A stretch of 63,413 bases of DNA, filler included, from Folioceros fuciformis (GCA_049999805.1; 6 parts of 5 records of this genome joined end to end with filler, not necessarily neighbours in it); one strand, 5' to 3'. Shown: positions 1 to 13,783, counted from the whole stretch's first letter. Notes: generated from the letters alone by a model not told the origin. Made by a program: numbers and translations.

Positions 1-228
1 AGCTTAGAATGAACTCCCTCCGCGGCGCCTCCCCCGAATTCACGCCTCCGCTTCTTGTGCCTGGCGGCCCAAATGTGGGCCGGGGAATTGCCGTTCCCAT
101 CGCCCTTCACGTCAGAGGGCCCTGCCACAATCTCAATGCGCAGAATCCGATCTGAGAAGTTGCTGTCGTTGAAGGCGAAGGCGAAGTCCGGGGCCTCTGC
201 CGTGCCCTGACTGAACAACTCGTGGTCC

Positions 229-1560
229 ATGCTGTGCTGCTCAATCGCTCCCTCCCGTCTGCTGCGTCCTTCTTCCTCGCTTCGCTTGCGCGCACTCACC
301 CGCAGCTGTCATCCGCAAGCTGCAAGCCTGGATCTGTGTCATCTGCCTCCTCTAACTTCTTCAAAATGGCAGACCATGCCCGACCCCGAGCCCGTTCCCG
401 TTCCCATTTCGCACCCGGCCGCACAGGGCGGGTCGGGTCTGGTCTGGTCGCCGCAATTAGGTCACCAACACGGCAGATGGGTTCGGCCTCGATGCGATGC
501 CCGGGCACTAGCCGATCAGTCTCGCCTGCGCATGTCCAAAGAGAACAAAGTGGGAGAGACTGGAGGGCAGGGTCAGGATATCCCGTTGCGCCAAAGGGCA
601 TGCGACGATACGCCGGCGGAAACGCGGGAAACCGAAACGGAGAAAGAACCAAACCAGCCCGGCTCTTCCTCCGAGGGGGGACTCTCCAGCACTATTTCAA
701 ATCTGGTTCAAATATCTTCGGTCCAGCATCGTCTGTCCCTAGTAGCCACCAAGTCTAAGTTAAGGATTAGGCGGCAAACCTCATTACGCAAAAGGGATGC
801 CAAACTTGGTGTGCGGAATAGGATCCCAGAATGCGATCTACAGGGGAAAAAGGAGCGCAATGGGGATTGTATACATTACTACGATGTCCAACAATCCTAC
901 GACTCTTCAGGGCTCACCTGATACCAAGACCGAGAGGTCTCGCTTTTGCTGTTTCCTAACTATGGACAAGTCGCTGCAGAAACATCTCCTGAGCTTCTCT
1001 TGGGTGTACCCCGTTGGGGATAGTATGAAATCATCGTGCACATCCAGCTCCTACGCAGCAAGCACGGGTTAGACCAGGCCATGGGAGGGTTAATTAGATC
1101 TTGCTAGAAGGTAAGGCTAAAGGCAAGCTGGCACCTGTAGAAGGTGGTGAACACACTTCAGGAACTCCACGTCCTGATCTGATGCACAGCCTGTACTGTC
1201 CTGGGCTCTGAGCCAGTTGAAACCAGATTGCAGGAGGCCGCGTATTCGATAGCGGAGAACGATCTGGCTTCTGCTGGCCACAACATACACGCATTTCACG
1301 TCAGGTCGAGTGATATGAGTACAAGACTCTACGCACGCAACCGTCACCCTGCTCACCTAAAGCAGATCACCCCTTCGTCATACAAAGTCGGAGTCAAGAT
1401 CGAGTGTGACCTACACAAGTTTTGGCCACGGGAAGGTCAGGGAATGACGTCGGAAGGTGAAACCTTTCACACGCTGACAGAGCTGAGGGCGGCTAACCGT
1501 GCTCGTTCAGCCAGAACTTCATGGTTAAGTTCGCGGCAATGAGATACCACCAATGTAAGC
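229..1560 (+). pseudogene. Possible decayed coding sequence of unknown family
   Basis: ORFs 229-921 and 1228-1542 are in the same frame, separated by a few isolated TGA/TAG stops. No domain recognised. Confidence 0.25.
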
Positions 1561-1811
1561 CAAAGTTTGTATCGCTTCCACAGTCTCGCCACTATCCCCC
1601 ACAAAGACACCCCAGCATGCCCGACTCCAAGGTTGAAGTTCCTGCCTTCATCGGTGTTTTCCGGACTAGAAAACTGAGTCCATTTGCCTGAGCATAACCT
1701 TTTGTCAGCACAGAACAGCTTAGGGTAACGCAAAAAGCATGCCCACTTATCAATGGTCGGCATTATAGCATGAAACTTTGTTGTGCACATCACTATCGCT
1801 CACTCCTAACA

Positions 1812-3103
1812 TCATGCTGTCCAACGGGTGTACCCACCTTTGTAACCATCTGCGCCCCAAACTACTCCCTTCACGTGGCGTGCATTTGGAGCTTGATGTC
1901 GCAGCTCACTGCTGCTGCCGCTACTCAAGTGGGCAGGCTCTTCTTGAACCGCAACGTCTGCAAGGAGCAAGTTTGCCATGTAGTCCGTCCTGTCAATGAA
2001 GGCCACACCGAAGCCTTCATACAGTAGACTCCAGTTGTTCACGGTCAGCTTCCGCATCATGCCTCGGAAACCTGATGAGTTGTAGCGACCGCCTGGCTTG
2101 CCCGACTCCCACCAGCTGTTCATGGCACATTTGAGAAACTCGTAACCTTTTCTATACACATGGAACTTCTGAATCACACGATCAGACACGGTCATATTCT
2201 TCACACCTGTCCATCTGCATACGACAAACCCGACAAATGTCAGCAACACATGAACCCCCATACTCACAGAGCTACCCTTGCTGCTAAGCTTCGTGACGAT
2301 ACCTGGGACAACTGTTGCCCCCGCAGTTGATCAATGGCCCAACCTTGACACCCAGGGCATCCCACAATTCATCCTGCAGACCCACGGCGTACCAGCGCCT
2401 GCAGGTTTCCGTGACCGAACACAGATCACGAATACTGAGCCTCTTGCATATGTTAGCCAGTATCTCATCCGGGAGGTCGTCGCAAGACCCTCTCCACACC
2501 ACCTCCGGTCCGCCCTCCACATCTTCCGAGCCTTGGCAGTGGCTCCCGGCCTTACAAAATCCCGGATCCCCTCCCACACCAAACTCCGAGGCTCCTTCCT
2601 CACAATCCTCCAATTTCCAAACCCTAGACCCAGGCCCGCAGCCCGCCTTACAAGCTTCCAGCTTCCAGGCCTTCTTTCTCGTACTGCGCGCTGCAGCCAC
2701 GTCCCCCACGCTTTTGGCTTCAATATGTCCATCTGCCTCAGCGGCAGACGATGGCAGAGGATGCCTCGTTATCGAGACCTTCCGCCGCTTTGCATCCTTG
2801 CAAATATCAATGGCCCAGTCGGGGAATGCAAACGTGAGCCTGGCAGACGGCACAACGGTCGACGACGACCTTGCCGCACCTGCATCCAACAACCGCTTGA
2901 GACCCAGACCGCATGCACCATCTTGCCGCCGAACTTGGCACTCGTAGTTGCAGCCAAAATTCACCTGGACTCGAATCAAGTCTGGAAGCGGGATTCTCAG
3001 GCTCCACAGGATTCCTCAGAAACGAGGCTGCCAAAGCCACGTCCAGCGCAGCCTCTATCTCGTCTTCCGAGCCGACCTCGGCCGCACACGCTGACTCTGC
3101 CAT
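1812..3103 (-). CDS. F-box protein, 3 exons (3103-2965, 2879-2303, 2214-1812), with a UIM-like N-terminal motif
   Basis: F-box motif DDLPDEILANICKRLSIRDLCSVTETCRRWYAVGLQDELW. Two GT-AG introns (85 and 88 nt) join three ORF-track segments in frame. The true start may lie upstream, since the frame is open to about 3190. Confidence 0.7.
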
Positions 3104-6100
3104 GTCCTTCACCAGCTGCGCAAAGTCCTCACTGACATTGTTTCCTCGCCAGTAGCTTGTTCCCTTAGACAGACTACGTTTTGCACATTAGGTGATACCG
3201 TAAAGATTTTAGTCATTATTAAGCCGAAAAAAAAACATTCCACAGTCGTTAGAGACATGGGTTATGGAATACCGATTAGGACACTGCCCACACACTCAAG
3301 TTTTTTTTTTTCTGTCATACGTATTTTATGTGGGAATATACGTTAGAATCTATGGAATATCAATGCGAACAGGGACTACACACTCATATTTTTTATGTTG
3401 GAATACATATTTTATATGCAAATATTCCATGGCATCTAAAGAATATTCCTCTATTCTACCTTGTCACACCATCCAACCCTCTATAGCAAATTATTTTAAA
3501 TATCTCTAACCTTTTTGGGACACGACGGTTTTCTTAAGTTTCTGGCACCCCATCTCGAAATGGGGCGGCCTGTTGCGAGCCCGGCCATGGGGGTGGGGCG
3601 GAAGTGGTGGGCTTAGAGCCAGTGGCGCTGATCGACCATGTGGCATGAGTGAGCATGCCAGTTCTAGAGGTGATGCCCGAGGAGCATGGGGGCACCCTGC
3701 ACATGAGCCGGGAGGAGCTGGAGCGCATCCTGGGGGGCGTGAGGGGCCAAGGAGAGTAGACGGTGCGCACGCTTGCGGGTGGGAGTGTGGCCAACACGAT
3801 CCGGGGCTTGGTGGGGCTCGGGGTGCATTGCGGGCTGGTGGGTGCCATAGGGGACTAAGCCTGCGGGGATATGTTCGCGGTCGCCATGACCGTGTGTAAG
3901 GTCGAGCTGAAGAATCTGGGAGGGTGCCACTCCCCTGCTCACTTGGCCTGCACCAATCAGACCCGCATGCTGCTCGTTTGGCCTTCAGCAAAGTCGTCCG
4001 CTCGCCGGCTCCCTGCCCCGCACCCTCCCAAGCACTCACACTTGCCACACTACACGCCACCCTACCATAGCGAGCAAAAAAAAATTGGTGTCTATGAGTT
4101 GTTGTTCCCATTGGGACGCTTTTATGGCCGCATCGCACCAATGCGAGCAAGATTGTTGCGTCGAAAACTTCAGACCGTATGCACAACAGCAAAACTTTGT
4201 GTAACAGAGCATATGACCGTATCAGTATTCCATACCTACCTCTGCACTGCAGTTATACTTTTCTTTTTATCACTACAAGGGGTATATGGACCGATACCAA
4301 CACATCCCTTTGCTTTTTTAGGATCCTCCACCTTAATCATTAAAGATCACAATACCACAAAATCTTTAAAGTTACACTACACATAGAGATAGATAGGAAA
4401 CATCGCGGGGGTTGGGATTTAATAGGGTTTCGTGGATCGATTGATTTACACTACCAGGGGTATGAAGCATGTAGGGGTGGTAGCCACTTAGGCCTTCCCT
4501 CCAATTCACGGCGTTCATGGTGAGACACTTCGAACGTGAATTGGGTTTGTTTAAGCATGCTAGCCTGCACCCCCTTGAGTTGAGTGCGTGGCCATCTGAA
4601 ATTGTGGATGCCGCCTTTCTAAGGAACCATCCGCATTTGGTTTCTGTTGCGAAACTAGCAACAAAAACAACCTGCTTCAAGTGCTTCGCACAATCCATTG
4701 GATGCTTGTAACAAGGCCTCAGGGATTTCGAGATGTGGAAGGATTTCGGGCCTCTTCCATCCCCACTTAATAATCATTTGTACAATTTGCATTCACATCG
4801 TACTACAGCTTTAAGCTGCGCCGACAGTTCTATGCAAATGACAACTTCAAAATTGCACATGGAACAAGTCACAGCAGCAATTGTGGCTCCAGTGAGTGCT
4901 TTAGGTTGTTGTTGCGGATGGCCATGCAAGAAGGTGTGGTTGCGTTTGAGAATGCAGCTTACAATTGCCTCCACATTGTAGGTCTACAAGTGTACGTTGT
5001 GCTTATTGTAGGTGGTGATGATTGATAACACAAATTGCTTGTGGCCTTATTTGTGCAGGCACTGTAGATCGCCCACGACAACACGTATGTCAAAAGCTTG
5101 GAGGGTATGGACTACCTCCATGATATGTACCGCTTGCACCTGGCCTTCACAATGTTGTGTAGGGAGTGCAACAGTAGACTAAAGCCCTTGCAGGCCTACC
5201 TACAGCCTTGGATGGAGGAGGAGGCCACTGCATGGGCATGGAGGGGCATTTGCCTCCTTCTCTCTTTGTAGGAGTGAGGTGTCTACCTAGCAGGGAAGGG
5301 GCATGGACGGTTTTGGGTGAAATGCTATGTATATTTGGCTTGCCCTCATGGGCTCCGGAATAAAGTTGGGGATTTCATTCCACTGTACACTATGGCTTTG
5401 CCTTCTAGTTGTGAATGCTGGCGGTTGTATGGAGGGAACATTCAAGGTGTGGACATGTGAGCAGAACGTGCTGTAGGAGAGATTTGCTTGCAATCAATTG
5501 TGTGGCAATACACGGGAGTGCACGAAGGGGCATCCCCTTGAGCTCCAACCCTGAAACCCTCAACGTGCTGTGTTGTGGAGATGGACAAAACAGCTGCAAG
5601 GGACATCCTCTTCAGTTATGCACATAGCATTGTAAATGACCGGGGGTGTGGAGATAGACGACAGTGAGTGGTCAAGGACATCTCTGTGTGCTCTTCCTCG
5701 ATATTGAACGCAGCCAGGTTTGCTGGGAATAGTAAACCTTAAAAACTACGTTATACATGAGAAAGGGATAGAGACGTGTTAGAAACAAAAACATGTCACA
5801 GCCGCTAAAAACTTATGAAAACGCTAAGTACACGCTAGGTTGTCTCTATCAAGATGCCCAAATGGCTGCCGATTACTGATGTGGGCAGGTTTGTGACGTC
5901 TAAACATTTGAAATGTACGGAGGGGGTAAAAATTCTATGAAAGACCCCTTGACCGTATCGGTATTCCATAATTGGTAGAGTAACAGCATAAAAGCAAACT
6001 AGATGAAAAGCATAAGATGGAAATAATAAAAATAATAACAATTAATCTAAGAACTGCTCTGTTGAAAATGTATGTGTTGGGTAAACTCTATAATAGGGTC

Positions 6101-6216
6101 TCAAATGTCGACCAAGTTTGACCATATATGGGCGTGGGTAGAAGCCCGAGTCCACACAAGCGACCGCTTGAGATTTGAAAACATGAGAACTTTGAAACCA
6201 TCCAAAGCTGCTCACA

Positions 6217-7480
6217 TGATTCATCCCTCACCTTCTACTCCCAACTACCATCAATCTTCACTACTTGAAGCTATGGTGCGACCCCTTGCCATTGTTCCAA
6301 CAGGGAGTCCTGCATTTGGTGCACTCCCAAGCAGTTCCTTTGGCTTCCAAAAGCTCAAGAAGAAGCATTACACTCTCATTTGTGATTACCTTGAGAAGAC
6401 TAAAAATTTAAATGCCTTCTTTGGAGAAGCAAAGAAGACTCGTATAGGATATCACATTTACTCCAAAAAGATGGCATTTGCAGCAATAGCTTATGTCCTC
6501 CAGCCCCACAAGTTTCCTTCGATGGATGGAGCACAACTCTTCAAGCATGTGGTCCAGTGTTTGGACAACTTCAAGAAAGTTCACGCTCTTCACAACAACA
6601 CCGTGGGTGGATTAACAGCAAAAGAGGTGGCATAAGGTCTCACACTTGGTGAGAAGTTGGAGAAGATTTGTCCTTTGTACGAGCATATGAATGCCCTCTT
6701 TGGGCAAAGACCAAACATGCAACCGCTGAATGTTCTGGACCATGGATTGCCAGGGCATTTTTCCAAGGCAGGTTCAAATACTGCTCCTTCAGGGCTCCTT
6801 CACAAATATCCAGTGTACACGGATTGCAGGTACCCACCACATTCTGTTTCTTTTAGTATAAGGGTATCAAGCCTCCCATCCGTTGATATCTAAGCTCACT
6901 AGCATTCTTTGTTGGTTCTTGCACAAATAGATGTAGGAGTTTCACAAACAGATGCAGGGGTTGAGAATGTGTTGGAGGATTACCCTACAACATTTCCTTT
7001 CTCACAACAAGAAGAAGAGGAATATCCGCAGTTGCAACCATCACCACCTCACCAACATCATCACCAAGGAACACCTCCCTTGACTCTAGCAACAACCCGA
7101 GGCGGTCTCCACCTATGTTGTCCATGACTACCAACTCGAGATAACCTAGATCTAAGATAACACTAAACCTCAACCTAGACTACAACCACCAGCGCAAAGC
7201 AAACCTGGCTGCCTAGTATGTAGAGAACTCCAAGGCAACCATGGAGTTGCGGAGGGACATGTTGTAGGCATCGATCTAGTGGAGAGACTAGGAAATGATG
7301 TTATGGAGGGTAGATCTGGATATGTGTCAACAAGAATTGACAACATGACACCAAGCTCAATTGTTGAAGCTTGTTCACCAAATGGATATTGCGCGCTTCA
7401 TTGCAAAGGAGCTGAACAAGCAAGTAAAACTACAAGCAAAAGCTAAGAATAGGCAACACAAGTTGGAGTTAGCTTCTCAT
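6217..7480 (+). mobile_element. Degenerate Myb/SANT-like ORF of a PIF/Harbinger-type DNA transposon
   Basis: Reading through a stop gives ...NFKKVHALHNNTVGGLTAKEVA*GLTLGEKLEKICPLYEHMNALFGQRPNMQP, resembling the TGxGL...CPxYxxMxxLFGxRPN pattern of Harbinger ORF1 proteins. A low-complexity and coiled-coil tail with many stops follows. No transposase seen. Confidence 0.55.
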
Positions 7481-8479
7481 GGGTGACAACACCGCTCTAC
7501 GGGCCAACTTCATCCCATTTCAGAGCTTTTGAAAGCGCAAAGGTTAGAGGAAGAGATTGGTAGATTTGAAGACAAAGCTCTAAAACTACGAGGGTTCAGG
7601 CAGGGCTTATCATTCAGGCGATTTCACCTTTTGTTATTCTCTAGCGCAAAAGAATAAAGAAACAACATGCTACCTCTTACATGTCTTTTCACCGATCAAA
7701 CAAGTTGCCATAATACTGCATATAGCCATACAACCCTTTCATGTCACACAAAAGCCTGCACGATGTTGGCCCCTTGACATCCATTGTGTAGGCAATTAAG
7801 CTACTTGAAAAATACATCATAACATTACAGAAAAACCAAAACTAGCTTTCCAACCAGAGTACAACATCAAACCAACAGCATCTCTATTTCACAACACTAT
7901 TTAGCATTAACCAATTTCACAATTGCATGGTTAAGATCCAGTTCTTCTCCAAAGTCCGTTTCCTCTAGCAAATCTGTTGTATAGTCCACAAACTTCTTAG
8001 TGGACTTCATGTTGTCCAAGCCCATTGAATCAATCTTGTTGGCTTCACTTCCTTCTCCATCAGTTGCCCGGAGAGTGGCTAGTACCTTTGTAGGCTTGGC
8101 TCAAAACTCGAACATCTAAACATTCAATAGGTGAATAATGTCCTTTGACAACGTCTTGTTCCTAGTGAGCTCAAAGTCTTGGTGCGATGTGTCTCTTAGT
8201 TCTTATCCCAATGTGAGCTGTCTCTCAATTCTTATCCACGAGCTGTCTCTAAATTCTTGTCCTACTGTGAGCTATCTAGAAGGCCACAAAGGAGATTTTC
8301 AGATATATGGATCCACATCCAACATAGGACTTCTATGTCAATCATCCACCAAGCGAGGTGAGCCTCTCCNNNNNNNNNNCATAGGACTTCTATGTCAATC
8401 ATCCACCAAGCGAGGTGAGCCTCTCCAACATCAAGCATTCAATGACGTTGGCTTGGGTTTGGAGCAGGCATAAAAACAA

Positions 8480-8880
8480 GCACCAACGTCTATGCATACA
8501 TGCTTATTGGAACAACCACAAATTGGAGCTGTAAGCGGCAACAAGTTATTGCATTGAGCTCCATAGAAGTGGAATAGTGCTCTTCAATACATGCTTGTAA
8601 GTAGGGGTTATGACAACTTCTCCAACTCTCAAAATGAGGAGCAACTCAACATCTGCCAAGACCTCTCTATTGTGATACGCAGGATGCTATGTTACTCATA
8701 AACAATCCCAAGTTCCATGCGTGTACCAAAGACATCGTAGTTCAATTCCATTTTATTTGAAAGGTGGTTAAGGATGGTAAATTTGAAGTTTTATATTAGC
8801 TGATCAAGCAAATGATGCCAAACATCCTGACCAAGGCACTTAGCTTGGTCGAGTACCAAGGACACGGTTACTTCTAAAGA
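8480..8880 (+). mobile_element. Ty1/Copia RNase H remnant
   Basis: Degenerate translation LYCDTQDAMLLINNPKFHACTKDIVVQFHFI*KVVKDG...NILTKAL matches Copia RNase H motifs. Confidence 0.8.
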
Positions 8881-8974
8881 GACGCTTCACCATAAGAACT
8901 CAACTATGTACATTTTATTCTATGGAGGCAATTGAGTACACATGAATGCGTATTGAGTACACATGAATGCGTAT

Positions 8975-9720
8975 TAATCCTGATATGTGACTATTATTGC
9001 ATGTTTGCATGATTGAACATAGGTTTCGCATACTTAGCCTCGTCAATATTTGAAACGCCTCGTCAATATTTGAAACAGCAAGTCATTCGACGACACCAAC
9101 TCTGGTGTGACATCTTCATCGTTACACATTATGTGATGCATTGCCATACTAGACTATGAGGCTCCTTCCTCAAAATCCTTAAATTTCAAAACCATTGACT
9201 CATGACCATTTCTATCTCACATATTTGTGTGTCACTACCAAGTCTTAGACATCCTTGAATTCCACATCTTTATCTACCTCACGGTTAGACGAGGTCTTGC
9301 CTTGCCTTAGTGCAGGTTATGCCTCATCTTCGAAACCCTCCACTTCCTTGCATCCTTGCATATCTCCATGGCTCTACTGGAAAACAAATTGGTAAGCTTA
9401 GCAGCGGGCTCGCTTTCCTAAGTACAACCTTGCCACACCCAAAATCAATACCCAGTGACATCCAGACCCCATCCAGCATCTTCCAATCCTAAGCCTACAA
9501 GTTACATTATAAACCTCACAACTGCAGCCAAAATCCACTTGCACATAAATCATGAAAGTAAGTGGGATGCTCTAGCTGCTTAGGATTCTTCAGCAACGAG
9601 ATTGCCAGTAATATGCATTGTAGCTACGCATTGTTCATTGTTGTAAAGGATGGTATCACGTGCATTAGTTTACTGGTGGTTTGGTGGTTTTTGCCATTTG
9701 CAAGGGCCAATTGTGAGAAC
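8975..9720 (-). pseudogene. Decayed paralogue of the F-box gene at 1812-3103
   Basis: Collinear matches: LLAISLLKNP vs ALAASFLRNP; EICKDARKWRVSKMRH vs DICKDAKRRKVSITRH; RLSMRNLCSIMQTC vs RLSIRDLCSVTETC. Shared DNA blocks tgcagccaaaat and gaggctccttcctca. Contains stops and frameshifts. Confidence 0.7.
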
Positions 9721-9851
9721 GATGCTGAATGTTTTAGCCGGTGTTTAGCAACTAGTGACAACTGTATGTTGTAGAGTCACACAACACGTCTCACATTGTG
9801 AACTAGTGTTCTAAGATGAAAGGTTGGAAGGGAACTTATGAATGTAATAAT

Positions 9852-11340
9852 TCAAAACAAGCTTTGATCCTTCACTAAGATCAATATACGAATTTCTAAA
9901 GAGAAACATGTGCTTTCTTGTCCTGCATCAAACAACAGTTCATATAGCTTACATAAAGCTAGAATCTCTCGGCATATTTCATAGTCTCTCGGCTCCCATT
10001 TCATAACGTGCATCCGGCATCTGGGGCGAGGAACCCTTTGTGTCAAATTCTTCTTCATCCTCTCCTCTTTCCCATCTTATTCTCAAATCATTTAGTGCTG
10101 TCGTTCGAATTGTTGCTTGCATGAGAATCTACGTCTTCGTCGTCTTCCAAAAGTGCATCCTCATCCACCTCTTCTTCGTCAATTGCGTCAAAGAGTTGAC
10201 CCAACTCCTCTCTTGATATAGCTAATGATTATGGAGTATCTAGAGGAGCACCTCTACCCGAGGCTTCCTCCTTTTGCTCGAAAATGTCATGCCTTCTAAT
10301 CTTGTCATTTTCACATTCGAGACAAATTTGTTCACCTTCCTCTCTTTGAAGCATACGATCCACGTTGCCGTAAATCCCATGCTCATGCTGCAGATGAAAA
10401 TGATGCCTGAGCCAATCAATTTCCGAATCCTCCAATCCGCTATGATGATTGCACTTGGTTCGTTTCATCAATCTATCCAGTAGCGTCTCATCGTTATCTG
10501 GGAGAGGCGCATAATCATTTGCTGAACATGTCTTGGGATGCACTATCTTGTTCTTGTCATAAGGCTGCTCACTATATAGCTTTTGCACCAAAATTGAACT
10601 CGCCTTTGAATACTTGAAGGATAATTTGCTACAACACTCATTAGCTACAGCCTTTGATGAAGACGGAGTGTGAGTCTGAAATGGTCCTTGCCCGGTGAAA
10701 ATGTCCACGTTTCCTGGCTCTGTTTGCTTCCTAGCTTCCTCCTCAGCCTCCAAAGCTGCATCACAATCTTCTAGAGTTAATCGTCTCGAATATCCCATAG
10801 CTAGCGTCACGACTTGACCTGGTTGTGGATTTTCTCTTATTGTCGAGGCGGAGCTTGAAGGACAGCCACCCGCTTCCACATCGCTCTTTCCCACCTCACC
10901 ACCACCATCCACCAAAGAAGAGAGCATTTCTAGCACCTCTTCAACGGGCTTTATATGAGAGGTTAAAGGACTGCCAACATCTTCCAAAGGTCTCTGTAAT
11001 GTCTCAGCACAATGAGCTCACAAACCAGAGAGTCTTTCCAACATTTGCTGATGTGCAATCTTTGCCCTACCCTCACCCTGAGATGGCCTCTAGAAAATGG
11101 AATGTCATTAGTTCATGTGAATTCGTTCTGCTATAGCACCTATAGTTCTTGAATCACAATGCATCTATCACCCACATAATCAAGCTTATACCTATGTACT
11201 TGTTCTCACTTTTGGGTGTTGTTCGTCCATCATCGATGCACACGGAGGAACAGAGCTTGCTGAATTTGGTTGAGCAATATTCTCCGTCAAATCGCACTCC
11301 GCCATATATCCTCACCCCTATCACATAAGCAAATCTCACA
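9852..11340 (-). pseudogene. Acidic, low-complexity coding remnant upstream of the F-box paralogue
   Basis: A 252-aa ORF (10229-10987) continues past isolated stops into an acidic tract. No family recognised. May be an N-terminal extension of the 8975-9720 relic. Confidence 0.35.
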
Positions 11341-11787
11341 ACTGCATCTGCAACATGCTTGACACATGTTTTGTAACAAAAGAAAACTTCTCTTCAAAGC
11401 ATCCACACCACAACTATCAAGCTTGCTTCGATGAAAGTATCAAAAGTTCTCATAGATAGAATGTAGACAATCCCAAGACTTGATTAGCACACTAATAGAA
11501 GTATGCTAACAAACTGCAATGAAAACCTATCACTACCTAACTTTGTAGTCCACACATATAGACTTAACAAGCTTGATGTTCTGGCGATACCAAGGATTAT
11601 CACTATGAGTAGAGATTAAAAAAATACCAATACATTTTTCTTTGAATGCATGTAGGAGCTTTGCAAATAAAGAATGCCCTTATACTTTGCCCACTAAATA
11701 TAAGCACATTAACTAACGAAACTATGCATATTAGAGTAGAATAAAAACTAGTATTCTCTAATTATGCAGTTACATATCTATCGGTCA

Positions 11788-12335
11788 TCGTATTCATTTC
11801 GATTTCAAACAAAGTCTTTATATTTCTAATAGTCTTGTATTCCAATATCAATACTACTATCTAATCAATGAAAATAAAATATATAATAATTTTATACTTG
11901 ATCATCTGATCACAAAAACGAGTAACTTTGGATGAAGATAAAAGAATAAAAATATAATCTTAATTCAATAAAATTAGCAGTNNNNNNNNNNAAGATAAAA
12001 GAATAAAAATATAATCTTAATTCAATAAAATTAGCAGTGCTCCCTACTATTGCTCTCGGTGTTCTCTTGCAATGCAATACAACTTTGCATCTAATAGTCT
12101 TCGTATTCATTTCGATTTCAAACGAAGTCTTTATGTTTCTAATACTCTTGTATTCCAATATCAATACTACTATCTATCAATGAAAATAAACTATATAATA
12201 ATTTTATACTTGATATTCTAATCACAAAACCGAGTAACTTTGAATAAAGATAAAAGAATAAAAATATAATCTTAATTCAATAAAATTAGCAGTGCTCCCT
12301 ACTATTGCTCTCGGTGTTCTCTTGCAATGCAATAC
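11788..12335. repeat. AT-rich tandem repeat, unit about 255 bp, running into a gap
   Basis: tcgtattcatttcgatttca recurs at 11788 and 12101; gtgctccctactattgc recurs at 12037 and 12292. Copies are diverged. Includes a 47-nt assembly overlap around a 10-N gap. Confidence 0.85.
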
Positions 12336-13462
12336 NNNNNNNNNNNNNNNNNNNNNNNNNNNNNNNNNNNNNNNNNNNNNNNNNNNNNNNNNNNNNNNNN
12401 NNNNNNNNNNNNNNNNNNNNNNNNNNNNNNNNNNNCCCTTGTGCAGGGTTTGTCATCACCTAGGAGCGTCCCGTTTCGTTGTAGTATTTGGAAAGCAAGT
12501 TGGATTAGTTAGAGCTTCGAGGATGATCCTCGATGTTAGACGGATGTTCACAGTCATCTACAAACCGTCTTAGCAGCACGGTTCCATCGGTGTCTTTTAA
12601 CTGGTTCTTTACCGAAGTCACTTGGGGACTATCAAATCGTTGTGTAGATGGCTTCTAACCTCTCTAAAACTCCAGGCACTTTGCATTTGCAGAGAAGCTG
12701 TTGAATAACAAGCAGGCAGACTTCAGAGTGCTTGAGGATGGATTGGAGACAACAAGCAGAGCTCGTGTACGGCCATAGAATTCTCTCTTTGCCTGGACGA
12801 GCAACTCTTTGACCAAGGGAAAGTGGAAGAATTGGCTCTAAATCTCGTAAGTGTGTTTTTGTCCTTCAGCCCTCTAACGCCCTTTGTACGGTTTTCGTAT
12901 GTGTCGATGTGATGAGTACGCAGCTTACACCTGTTGTGTTTTGTAGGCACTGAATCCGTTAACAGCGTTAAAAGAAGAATAGAATACGTATCCAGGACCT
13001 TTGCTTGTCATCACCTTTCCATCGATCGTAACTCGTGAATCAACAACACTCTAATCAACACGGCTGCCTGCCAGAACTGGGCAAACATGCCTTCTAGCCA
13101 CAATGGTGGTCAAGTTCAAGGAGGCAGCCTGACAAGGGTCAGGTGCTCAAAGGTAGTATGACAAGATCCGACTTGGTGTTGACCACATCTTCAATCGGCT
13201 TGTTTGCAATAATCTTTATCTGAGTCCAAGCTAGAATTTTCAAATTCCTCTTCGTAGAAACCCAAACAACATCCACCGGATCTCTTTGGAGGACAACTGG
13301 AACTTCGCTCTGGCTGGAGTGGAAACCTATTTGGACAATACAAGGCTGAAGTAATCATGGCTTCTGATGGTGTTCCAATATGAAAAGTGTGTTGCATCTC
13401 GCTCACCACTGTGCGTAGATGCATAACTTCCAAGACCAGAGGGGGCCATCGATGTGTAGCTT

Positions 13463-13783
13463 CTAAGATGAGACCAGGCCATAGCTCTATATGTACTGTA
13501 GTTGCTAAGATGAGACCTGGCTAGAGCTCTATATGTACTATAGTTGCTAAGATGAGACCAGACCATAGCTCTATATGTACTATAGTTGCTAAGATGAGAG
13601 ACCAGGCCATAGCTCTATATGTACTGTAGTTGCTAAGATGAGACCTGGCCATAGCTCTATATGTACTATAGTTGCTAAGATGAGACCAGGCCATAGCTCT
13701 ATATGTACTATAGTTGCTAAGATGAGAGACCAGGCCATAGCTCTATATATGTACTGTAGTTGCTGAGACCAGACCAGCTCTAG
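13463..13783. repeat. 42-bp minisatellite, 7 copies
   Basis: Unit ctaagatgagaccaggccatagctctatatgtactatagttg starts at 13463, 13505, 13547, 13589, 13633, 13675 and 13717. Confidence 0.95.

Noticed and set aside
3506-4192. GC-rich overlapping ORFs
   Set aside because: Pro/Gly/Arg-rich translations with no motif, as expected from base composition.
8323-8426. 47-bp direct repeat flanking 10 Ns (also at 11935-12038)
   Set aside because: Assembler k-mer overlap, not a biological duplication.
13463-13783. CRISPR-like regular repeat
   Set aside because: The units are contiguous with no unique spacers, there are no cas genes, and the context is eukaryotic.
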